From contig NW_021824882.1 of assembly GCF_006345805.1 (NCBI RefSeq), forward strand, positions 1 through 17,215: DNA of 17,215 nucleotides, in the 5' to 3' direction. Origin of the DNA: Octopus sinensis (Eukaryota). Positions within the stretch are counted from its first letter, which is position 1; each line of letters starts with the position of its first letter. The notes below the pieces were generated by a model. It did no database searches. It had not been told where the DNA came from and saw only the letters and a program-made list of their open reading frames with translations. Both the position numbers and the translations under genes were made by a program. Positions 1-8,859 of the stretch are shown here, one piece after another.

Positions 1-25
1 CTTACACATATACAAATACATTCGC

Positions 26-48
26 TTCTTTCTTTCTTTCTCTCTCTC

Positions 49-115
<67 letters not shown>

Positions 116-445
116 ATAAATATGGATAAGGCCGTTAATCTAAATATCGATCTTATCAAGTGGCCATCATGGGAATAAAAACCTTCATAGGTAATAATTA
201 TTCTTCTCTCCAGGTGCGGTATGAACATTTAATGTGGTTTTAGAGTCAAGTTTTGCCTGCTATTTCCAGCGTGATGGTATCTCTTAGATACCCTATATTA
301 CAATTATATTATATAGATATATATATATAATATATATTATCTATCTATCTATATATATAATATCTATCTATCTATTTAATAATATCTATCTATCAATCTA
401 TATCTATATCTTATATCTAATATCTATCTATCTGTCTATCTAATC

Positions 446-490
<45 letters not shown>

Positions 491-511
491 TATAATATAT
501 AATATATATAT

Positions 512-541
<30 letters not shown>
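26..541. repeat. Microsatellite block: (CT)n/(TA)n at ~26-118 and (TA)n/(TCTA)n at ~300-541
   Basis: Simple repeats read directly, separated by ~180 bp of unique sequence. Confidence 0.95.
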
Positions 542-543
<2 letters not shown>

Positions 544-1190
544 GCAATTAAGACAACTACTTAATAAGGAAAACTTAACAAGAAATTGTCAGGTAGATAG
601 CGTGAAAACCTCATAAGAGAAAAAATTTCGAATAATTATTTCTTATTGAACATATTAATTTAGATATAGAGGGCATTATACATACATGCCAGATGCATTA
701 TACATACATGCCACACGCTAAGAGGGACAATTAGTCATTTCTACCAAAATATTACTAATCCCATCGAATGCAATTTTTCAAGTAAGACATTTAAAAAAAT
801 AGACCTGTATCACAGTGATTTCATACTTACGTATTCATCAGCAGCCTGGATGTATCATACATAAACGACCCTGCCTCGCTTAAGCCGATCAGCTAACTGA
901 TCAACATCAACGAAGCACATGGGTGAGTTTACATATATTACATCCGGTAAATGGCCGACTTTTACGAATTGCATTTCGGGAAAGGAAAAGTTTTTTCGGA
1001 ATAAAAATTTAGCAATTAAGGACAACTACTTAATAAGGAAAACTTAACAAGAAATTGTCAGGTAGATAGCGTGAAAACCTCATAAGAGAAAAAATTTCGA
1101 AAATAATTATTTCTTATTGAACATATTAATTTATATATAGAGGGCATTATACATACATGCCAGATGGCATTATACATACATGCCACACGC
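542..1190 (-). mobile_element. ~1.4 tandem copies of a ~467-bp hammerhead-containing unit (retrozyme / Penelope-like pLTR-type), ribozyme sense on minus strand
   Basis: TAGCAATTAAG(G)ACAACTACTTAATAAGG starts at 542 and again at 1010 (period 468). The second copy stops at ...TGCCACACGC (1190). The block is the reverse complement of the unit at 1209-1968. Confidence 0.85.
801..847 (-). ncRNA. Type I hammerhead ribozyme motif (unit copy, stem I lacks one C)
   Basis: Minus strand reads AGGCTG-CTGATGA-ATAC-GTAA-GTAT-GAAA-TCAC-T-GTGA-TA-CAGGTCT. Core is intact; the stem I 5' arm is one base shorter than in the plus-strand copies. Confidence 0.75.
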
Positions 1191-1307
1191 ATGTAATATA
1201 TGTAAACACGGATGTAATATATGTAAACTCACCCATGTGCTTCGTTGATGTTGATCAGTTAGCTGATCGGCTTAAGCGAGGCAGGGTCGTTTATGTATGA
1301 TACATCC

Positions 1308-1355
1308 AGGCCTGCTGATGAATACGTAAGTATGAAATCACTGTGATACAGGTCT
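1308..1355 (+). ncRNA. Type I hammerhead ribozyme
   Basis: Stem I AGGCCTG(1308-1314)/CAGGTCT(1349-1355), 7 bp with one G-U. Core CTGATGA 1315-1321. Stem II ATAC/GTAT with GTAA (GNRA) loop. GAAA 1334-1337. Stem III ATCAC-T-GTGAT. NUH triplet AUA, predicted cleavage after 1348. Confidence 0.9.
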
Positions 1356-1773
1356 ATATTTTTTAAATGTCTTACTTTGAAAAATTGCATTCGGTGGGAT
1401 TAGTAATATTTTTGGTAGAGATGACTAATTGTCCCTCTTAGCGTGTGGCATGTATGTATAATGCCATCTGGCATGTATGTATAATGCCCTCTATATATAA
1501 ATTAATATGTTCAATAAGAAATAATTATTTTCGAAATTTTTTCTCTTATGAGGTTTTCACGCTATCTACCTGACAATTTCTTGTTAAGTTTTCCTTATTA
1601 AGTAATTGCTAAATTTTTATTCCGAAAAAACTTTTCCTTTCCCGAAATGCAATTCGTAAAAGTCGGCCATTTACCGGATGTAATATATGTAAACTCACCC
1701 ATGTGCTTCGTTGATGTTGATCAGTTAGCTGATCGGCTTAAGCGAGGCAGGGTCGTTTATGTATGATACATCC

Positions 1774-1821
1774 AGGCCTGCTGATGAATACGTAAGTATG
1801 AAATCACTGTGATACAGGTCT
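1774..1821 (+). ncRNA. Type I hammerhead ribozyme (identical second copy)
   Basis: Same sequence as 1308-1355, 466 nt downstream. CTGATGA at 1781-1787; predicted cleavage after 1814. Confidence 0.9.
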
Positions 1822-2289
1822 ATATTTTTTAAATGTCTTACTTTGAAAAATTGCATTCGGTGGGATTAGTAATATTTTTGGTAGAAATGACTAATTGTCC
1901 CTCTTAGCGTGTGGCATGTATGTATAATGTCATCTGGCATGTATGTATAATGCCCTCTCTATATAAATATAATATATATAATATATATATATATAGATAT
2001 ATATCGCATATTCATACATACACACATAAATACATGTTGTGCACATGTGTCTATGTAGTGCCTTCAACGTCTTTGTTACAGCTGCCGGATAATAGTATCC
2101 GATCAGCCTCCATTCTCTCCAACTATTTTGGGGAAAGAAAAATAACCCATAACTGGCGAAGTCGTCGACATGTTTTTTCCAAAGATTAGTTTACAGACCC
2201 GGCTAAGCGTTTACTTCTATTGTTTCCGGACACAGAGCTCACAAGGCAGACATTTATATCAGTAGATTTACAAGCTAAACGTGTAATCA

Positions 2290-2432
2290 AACTCCACCGA
2301 GTTCACCTTTGCTTTTAAAACAATCAGTGATCGATAAAATAAGTTCTAGACATGTACCGCATCGATATTATCGACTGTCTAACCCATTGCCCTCTACCCA
2401 CAATGTGTGACCTGGTGCATGTATAGAAACAA
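2290..2432 (+). mobile_element. Highly decayed fragment of SINE family A
   Basis: Degenerate matches to family A motifs: CTTTGCTTTT, TCGATAAAATAAGT, TCGATATTATCGACT. Confidence 0.5.
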
Positions 2433-2496
2433 AATCAATAATATAGTTTCATGAAACCATTCAATTGATTTCCGCCGACCTAAACAAATGTCATGT

Positions 2497-2765
2497 GGAG
2501 GCACATGGCCTACTGGTTAGAGCAGCGAACTCGCGGGTTCGTATCTCAGACCGGGCGATGTGAGTGTTTATGAGCGAAACACCTAAGCTCCACGCGGCTC
2601 CGACAGAAGTTAATGGCGAACTTCTGCTGACTCTTTCGCCACCACTTTCACTCACTTTTTCCTCCTGCATCATGCGACGGACCGGCGTCCCGTCCAGGTG
2701 GGGAACCTATACGCCAAGGAAACCGGGAAACCGGCCCTATGAGCCAGGCTCAAGAAAGAACAAAC
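2497..2765 (+). mobile_element. tRNA-derived SINE, family C head with tail type 1
   Basis: GGAGGCACATGGCCTACTGGTTAGAGCAGCG head with A box and B-box-like GGTTCGTATCTC. Body shared with the 5387/8418/8860 copies. Distinct 3' part (GACGGACCGGCGTCCCGTCCAGG...) ending in AAGAAAGAACAAAC. Confidence 0.85.
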
Positions 2766-2958
2766 ATATGTTATGGGTGGCCACAATACAGCTTGTGTGT
2801 GTTATAACCTATGTCTACCCTTTTTATAGAAATAGCAGTGAAATATCCCTAAAAATACATTAGACTGTTTGAAAAGGAGACATTAGAAAATATAGTCCAA
2901 CGTACACTATGCCTGAAGTATAGCATTTTCGTGGGATGCGCCGGAGCAATATGGCAAG

Positions 2959-3359
2959 ACGGCGAGCTGGCAGAAACGTTAGCACGCCGGGCGAAATGCG
3001 TAGCCATATGTCGTCTGCCGTTACGTTCTGAGTTCAAATTCCGCCGAGATCGACTTTGCCTTTCATCCTTTCGGTGTCGATTAAATAAGTACCAGTTACG
3101 CACTAGGGTCGATATAATCGACTTAATCCGTTTGTCTGTCCTTGTTTGTCCTATCTGTGTTTAGCCCCTTGTCGGTAATAAAGAAATAGGTGTTTCGTCT
3201 GCCGCTGCGTTCTGAGTTCAAATTTCGCCGAGGTCGACTTTGTCTTTCATTCTTTTGGGGGTCGATAAATTAAGTACCAGATGCGTACTGGGATCGATCT
3301 AATCGACTGGCTTCTCCCGCCCCCCTCAAATTTCGGGCCTTGTACCTAAATTAGAAAAG
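2959..3359 (+). mobile_element. Composite/dimeric SINE family A with 11-bp TSD
   Basis: Full copy (GGCGAGCTGGCAGAAACGTTAGC...GAGTTCAAATTCC...AAAGAAATAGG) at 2959-3190, then a headless copy at 3191-3359. AATATGGCAAG at 2948-2958 and 3360-3370. Confidence 0.9.
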
Positions 3360-3646
3360 AATATGGCAAGGTCGGTAGCGTGAAAGACAATAGGCGTTAT
3401 GTTTTTATTCAAGACCTCTGCATTGTCAGTTCAAACCCTAAGAAGGCCAACTTTGCCTTTTATACTTCTGAGGTCCATAATTTATAAAATCAATCCAAGA
3501 TAATAGATTGGCAGAATTGATAGACTTTAAGAAAACATGCCTTGTGATATATGCTCCGGTTCTTCGCGTTTCTCTGAATATGCGAGGTAAAAGAAAAACG
3601 TGCTTCCATACTAATTATATTCTTAGACACATTCGTCTTGCCACGC

Positions 3647-3649
<3 letters not shown>

Positions 3650-3691
<42 letters not shown>

Positions 3692-4092
3692 ACTCAGATA
3701 CACACACACACGCACACACACGCACGCACACACACATACAGATGGTCTCTCTCTCTCACACAGACATAAATGGAGTCTCATACACACACACACACACACA
3801 CACACAGACGGTTTCTCTCTCCCACACACACATAGAGGGAGTCTCATACACAGAAACTAAGTCTCATACACACATACAGGCACACACACAGAGGCACTCA
3901 CACACACAGGCACACACACACACACACACACACACACACCACGCGCGCGCGCGCGCACACACACATACAGACAGTCTCTCTCTCTCTCACACACACACAT
4001 AGATGGGGTCTCATACACACACAGAAACTAAGTTTGGTACACAAACACACACACACACGCACAAACAGACACAGACGGAGCTTCACACAGAA
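3650..4092. repeat. (CA)n-rich compound microsatellite with recurrent (A)GATGG(GG)TCTC and CAGAAACTAAG spacers
   Basis: Read directly; source of the HT/CV-rich ORFs. Confidence 0.95.
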
Positions 4093-4774
4093 ATTCTAAG
4101 TCTTAATGTTTGATCTGTAGATTTTCCTCCAACGGTTGCTATATTAGCAGTATTTATTTGTCGAGAGCATATTTGAAGAATTACACCAGAGAAACTTCGC
4201 CTTTTCACAGACAATTCATACCAACCAATGAACTCTCTCTGTCTACTAGCATTGCGTTCGCCGACTTGCGCGGTGACTTTTTATTAAAAGGATAAACCGT
4301 TGCGCACCGCCAGCCTCATTCTTCCGTCCGTAATCATCTTCATAGTCAAGACGACTGGGAATAAAGACGGATGCAATTGTTTTATCTGCTTCATCTTCAT
4401 CTCTGCACTCCATCCAGGGTTACTGCAGCCGTCTTCCTCTCCGTTGAATCCTGAAGGTTTCTTCTGCAGGGTCCACCGGGCCCAGTCTTCATATTCATAG
4501 ATAGATAATCCCTAATATGTTTATTGAAGGCGCATGGTCTAGTGGTTAGAGCGTCAGGCTGATAATCTTGAGATAGTTAGTTCGATTTCCGGACCAGGCT
4601 GTGTGTTGTGTTCTTGAGCAAGAGACTTTATTTCACATTGTTCCAGTTCATCCTGTTGTAGAAATCAGTTGCGATCACTGGTGCCAAGCTGTACCAGCCT
4701 TTGTCTTTCTCTTGGACAACATCAATGGCGTAGACAGAGGAGGCTAGTACGCATGGGCAACTGCTGGTCTTCAT

Positions 4775-4984
4775 ACATTATTTACATTATTTACAATAGA
4801 CGGATATGTGTCCTCATCTTGTTTGTTGTTAACACAAAGTTTCGGCTGATTTACCCTCCAGCCTTCATCAGGTGTCTTGGGGAAATTTCGAACCTGGGTT
4901 CTCATTCCTAAGGTATTTTTCGATGTTATTATTAATTATATTGTTATCATCATCATCATCATCATCATATCATCATCATCATCA

Positions 4985-5054
<70 letters not shown>

Positions 5055-5094
5055 CTTGGGGTTAGTAGCCCGCGCCCTTAACCACCGCGCAGTA
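4775..5094 (-). mobile_element. 320-bp TSD-flanked retroelement: partial tRNA-like head + (AAT/GAT)n + hammerhead-containing tail
   Basis: 13-bp duplication TGCTGGTCTTCAT at 4762-4774 and 5095-5107. Minus strand begins TACTGCGCGGTGGTTAAGGGCGCGGGCTACTAACCCCAAGATT, then microsatellite 5052-4926, then a tail ending TGTAAATAATGTAAATAATGT. Confidence 0.75.
4831..4876 (-). ncRNA. Minimal type I hammerhead motif, stem III degenerate
   Basis: Minus strand: GACAC-CTGATGA-A-GGCTG-GAGGGTAAAT-CAGCC-GAAA-C-TTT-GTGTT. Stem I GACAC/GTGTT and stem II GGCTG/CAGCC pair. The usual GAAAC-GTH junction reads GAAAC-TTT. Confidence 0.7.
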
Positions 5095-5386
5095 TGCTGG
5101 TCTTCATTAAACAACCTTGCCCGGAGTTGTGCCTCGGAGGGGAACTTTCTAGGTGCAATCCCATAGCCATACAGGACCGAAGGGGATCTTTGCCCTGTTA
5201 ATTAACCTATAGAAGGGACTCTGAAATGTCCCTACTTCTCTTGGTCAGAACAGGCGTGTGAAAAATAGTTGCTAAGAGGTGCTTTCACACTCCTCGGAAG
5301 CCAGGAACTCTCGAACAAGGAACAAAGAACCCTCCCCTCCACACAACCGGAAGCAGTTTAGTCGTACTCAGGATATTTACTCTAGC

Positions 5387-5781
5387 GGAGGCGCAATGGC
5401 CCAGTGGTTAGGGCAGCAGACTCGCGGTCATAGGATCGCGGTTTCGATTCCCAGACCGGGCGTTGTGAGTGTTTATTGAGCGAAAACACCTAAAACCTCC
5501 ACGAGGCTCCGGCAGGGGATGGTGGTGATCCCTGCTGTACTCTTTCACCACAACTTTCTCTCACTCTTCCTGTTTCTGTTGTACCTGCATTTCAAAGGGC
5601 TGGCCTTGTCACTCTCTGTGTCACGCTGAATATTCCCGAGAACTACGTTAAGGGTGCACGTGTCTGTGGAGTGCTCAGCCACTTACACGTTAATTTCACG
5701 AGCAGGCTGTTCCGTTGATTCGGATCAACCGGAACCCTCATCGTCGTAACCGACGGAGAGCTTCTAAAAAAAAAAAAAAAA
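5387..5781 (+). mobile_element. Full-length young tRNA-derived SINE (family C head, tail type 2) with poly(A) and 12-bp TSD
   Basis: A box TGGCCCAGTGG, B box GTTTCGATTCC, pure A run 5766-5782, perfect ATTTACTCTAGC at 5375-5386 and 5782-5793. Confidence 0.95.
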
Positions 5782-6017
5782 ATTTACTCTAGCACTGAAA
5801 TCATGATCTAAAGGAAATACCACACATTTTCGACTCTCAATCGTTTTTTGGTAAATGTGGCGCTGCCTGTATTTCTGCAGCTAATTCTTGGTCGTTATCT
5901 TTAACCGTTTCTTCATTACTGTCTTTTTACAATAAACATTTTTTTCCTGGATTCTCCATAATCCATATAATTCCATTCAACGCTGTTAAATAATTTCAGT
6001 GTTAGAACTTATCTAAA

Positions 6018-6425
6018 GCAGTAAGCTTGCAGAATCGTTAGCACGCCGGGCAAAAATGGTTAGTGGCATTTCGTTTGTCTTTACGTTCGAATTCCAGCAG
6101 GGACGACTTTGTCTTTCATTCTTTCAGGGTCGATAAAATAAGTACTAGTTGAGTGGTAGTGGGGCGACAAGCTGGCAGAAACGTTAGCACGCCGGGCGAA
6201 ATGCGTAGCTGTATTTCGTCTGCCGTTACGTTCTGAGTTCAAATTCCGCCGAGGTTGACTTTGCCTTTCATCCTTTCGGGGTCGATAAATTAAGTACCAG
6301 TTACACACTGGGGTCGATATAATCGACTTAATCCGTTTGTCTGTCCTTGTTTGTCGTATCTGTGTTTAGCCCCTTGTGGGTGGTAAAGAAATAGGTAGTG
6401 GGGTGTCGATGTAATCGACTTATCT
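6018..6425 (+). mobile_element. Old SINE family A copy with a younger family A copy (6163-6395) nested in it
   Basis: Host head/body at 6018-6160 resumes as GTCGATGTAATCGACTT after 6403. GGTAGTGGGG duplicated at 6155-6164 and 6394-6403. Confidence 0.9.
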
Positions 6426-6526
6426 TATACTTTTGATTTTGCGCATGCGCACTGTTTCTTTTTGATTTTGACGACTACACAGCGTGGTAGAGTCCGTTGG
6501 GCACCGTCTGTGAGACAAAGAGCAGC

Positions 6527-7140
6527 ATGGCACAGTTTACACTGCCAGAAATTTGGAAACGACATGCTGTACTGCTTGGCATTCGCACTAAAAGCTCCAA
6601 TACGAAAATTTCAGAGTGTTTGGGTGTCAATCTGACGACAGTGCAATCAGAGGACATGTACCAAGAGTGATACAAATCAAATATCCAGTCAACATCACTA
6701 GTGATGGCAACGTTATGCCTCCATTCATCTTCCCACAGACTGAACAAGGTGACCTACATCAAGTGCTTGGAGAAAATTGTGCTGCCCTGGGTCAAGGGAG
6801 TGACTGCTGAAAGAATCTAAGTCTAGCAACAGGACTCTGCAGTATGCCACACATGCAGGAGAACCCAGTCATGGCTGTCAGACAATTTCTGCAACAACAT
6901 CACCTCACCCCTAACATCTAGCAACCTAACTCCCCAGGCTGCAACCCCCTTATTATTATGTGTGAGGCGCAGTTCAGCGAGAGACCAACAAAACTTCTTC
7001 TTACACCAAAGATGAAGTGAAGGCAAGGATTATGGCAGAATTCACCAACTTAAGCAAAGAGACTGTCCAGAAGAGTTGCATGGGATTCTCAAGTCCTCTG
7101 GAGGCCGTGGTTGAAGCCAATAGCGATTTTATTGAAGAAA
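6527..7140 (+). pseudogene. Decayed, internally deleted Tc1/mariner transposase, DD37D (maT) type; element remnant extends ~6435-7262
   Basis: Manual translation: MAQFTLPEIWKRHAVLLGIRTKSSNTKISECLGVNLTTVQ...YIKCLEKIVLPWVK...V*QQDSAVCHTCRRTQSWLSDNF...PNI*QPNSPGCNPL(D)YYV*GAV...LEAVVEANSDFIE. Matches the QQDxAPxH and WPPxSPDxNPLD motifs, with 37 residues between the last two Asp positions after frameshift repair. Multiple stops and frameshifts. Confidence 0.9.
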
Positions 7141-7337
7141 TTTACTCTTTAGTATTTCAAGATATTTTTATGCAATTTTAGTAAATATATCTGTTAAAAT
7201 GAGACGCCAGCGTTATTTTCATTTTCCGTAGTTTAAACGGCAGTTTATTCAACGCAACCTGCGTGTATATATGTATGTATATAAATATATGTATATATAA
7301 TTATATATATATATATAATATATATATAATATATATA

Positions 7338-7480
7338 TACGACGAGCTTCTTTCAGTTGTCATCTACCAAATCCATTGATAGGCCTTGGTCGCCTCGAGG
7401 TTATAGTAGGGGGACACTTGCCCAGTGTGCCACGCAGCTGGACTGAATACGGAACCACGTGGCTGGGAAGCAAGCCTGTT

Positions 7481-7482
<2 letters not shown>
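7338..7482 (-). mobile_element. SINE family B, 5' portion only
   Basis: Matches the head and central part of the 14645 and 16583 copies (GACACTTGCCC...CACGCAG.TGGACTGAA..CGGAACCA). Embedded in (TA)n. Confidence 0.85.
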
Positions 7483-7514
<32 letters not shown>

Positions 7515-7546
7515 ATATATATATATATATATATATATAATATGTA

Positions 7547-7620
<74 letters not shown>
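7483..7620. repeat. (TA)n microsatellite
   Basis: Read directly. Confidence 0.95.
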
Positions 7621-8099
7621 TTATTTATTTATGTATAATATGTTTATGTACTTGTTTGTTTGTTTGTGCGTGCACGTGTCTGTACAATGGTCAGAAAAAA
7701 CCCAAATGTAGGGAATATGAAGTTGCTCTGCCTCTGCAAAAACGGTGTATTTATTGGCGAAGTGTAAAGTCAGTTAATATTTTGGCACCTTTGGGAGGAG
7801 AAGAATTTCAGGTGTCTTAGACAAAGTGTTTCTTAAGGAAGCAAGATAAGTTTCTATTTGACAAATGTCTGCGCGATCTTTGAGAAGAAAACACTTAAAA
7901 AATGTGCCAAAATGTGTTTAAAATGTGTGAATGTGACCCAAAGATCTAGCGGTTTGGTGAGGGAAACCATTATGAAGAAAATCGCTATAACACTTTCGTG
8001 ACGGTGTTCCATTTCCAGAAAAATCAATATTTTGAATCGTAATGGAATTGTCAGTGCCAAGAGATTGGGAATATCAGGAATTGTACGTGTGGTGAGGAT

Positions 8100-8417
8100 A
8101 GAAACAACATCAACAACAATGATGAGAACGGCGGCGGCGACGGTGATGGTACCAACAACTACAAGAAGAACAACGACAGCAGCGGAAGCACTAATAGCAA
8201 CAAGGACAGTGTAGAGGGCGGTAGAAACAGCAAAGTTAGCAACAAGAACAAGAACAACATCAACAAGAACAATAACAACAACAACAACAAGAGCAACAAC
8301 AATCACAATAACAGCAGCAGCAGCAACAACAACAACGACAGCTTCAACAATAACAACAACAACAACAACAATCACAATAACAGCAGCAGCAACAACAACA
8401 ACAACAACAATGACAGC
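8100..8417. repeat. Degenerate (CAA/CAG)n trinucleotide repeat
   Basis: Read directly; gives the poly-V and poly-T ORFs. Confidence 0.95.
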
Positions 8418-8785
8418 GGAGGCGCAATGGCCCAATGGTTAGGGCAGCGGACTGGCAGTCGGAGGATCGCGGTTTCGATTCCCAGACCGGGCGTTGTGTG
8501 TGTTTATTGAGCGAAAAACACCTAAAGCTCCACGAGGCTCCGGCAGGGAGTGGTGGCGACTCCTGTTGTACACTTTCGCTCCAACTTTCTCTCACTCTTT
8601 CTTCCTGTTTCTTGTCCCCGACTTCCTACGCAACCGCTGAGCCTGGATGCGAATTCATCCATCCGTTGATGCTCTCGGTGTCAGGGGTTGACCTGATTTC
8701 TCTTCTGCGGGTCTTACGAAGAGCAAAGGACCACGGTTCGGTCTTCTCCCATCTTGCGAGCTCTGGGACGAAGACCGTTCGCTCA
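8418..8785 (+). mobile_element. tRNA-derived SINE, family C head with tail type 3, followed by (CAA/CAG)n
   Basis: Head/body nearly the same as the 5387 copy up to ...TTCCTGTTTCT (~8612), then an unrelated 3' sequence. Confidence 0.9.
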
Positions 8786-8859
8786 ACAGCAACAGCAGCA
8801 ACAACAGTGGCAGCAGTATCAAAAACAACAGCAATAATAACAACAACAACAACGACAGT

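Larger units (their letters stand above)
1209..1968 (+). mobile_element. ~1.6 tandem copies of the same 466-bp hammerhead-containing unit, ribozyme sense on plus strand
   Basis: CGGATGTAATATATGTAAACTCACCC occurs at 1209 and 1675 (period 466). The copies are near-identical and run into (TA)n at ~1968. Confidence 0.85.
4526..5197 (+). mobile_element. tRNA-derived SINE family D, split by the 4775-5094 insertion
   Basis: Head GAAGGCGCATGGTCTAGTGGTTAGAGCG...GTTCGATTTCC (A/B boxes). Body runs to 4774 and appears to resume at 5095 after the duplicated TGCTGGTCTTCAT. Confidence 0.75.

Noticed and set aside
5387-5462. tRNA genes at the SINE heads (also 2497, 4526, 8418, 8860, 14070)
   Set aside because: A/B boxes are present, but there is no proper cloverleaf and most run directly into a SINE body and tail.
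6435-7262. Intact autonomous mariner element
   Set aside because: Stops, frameshifts and internal deletions, and no paired TIRs could be found.
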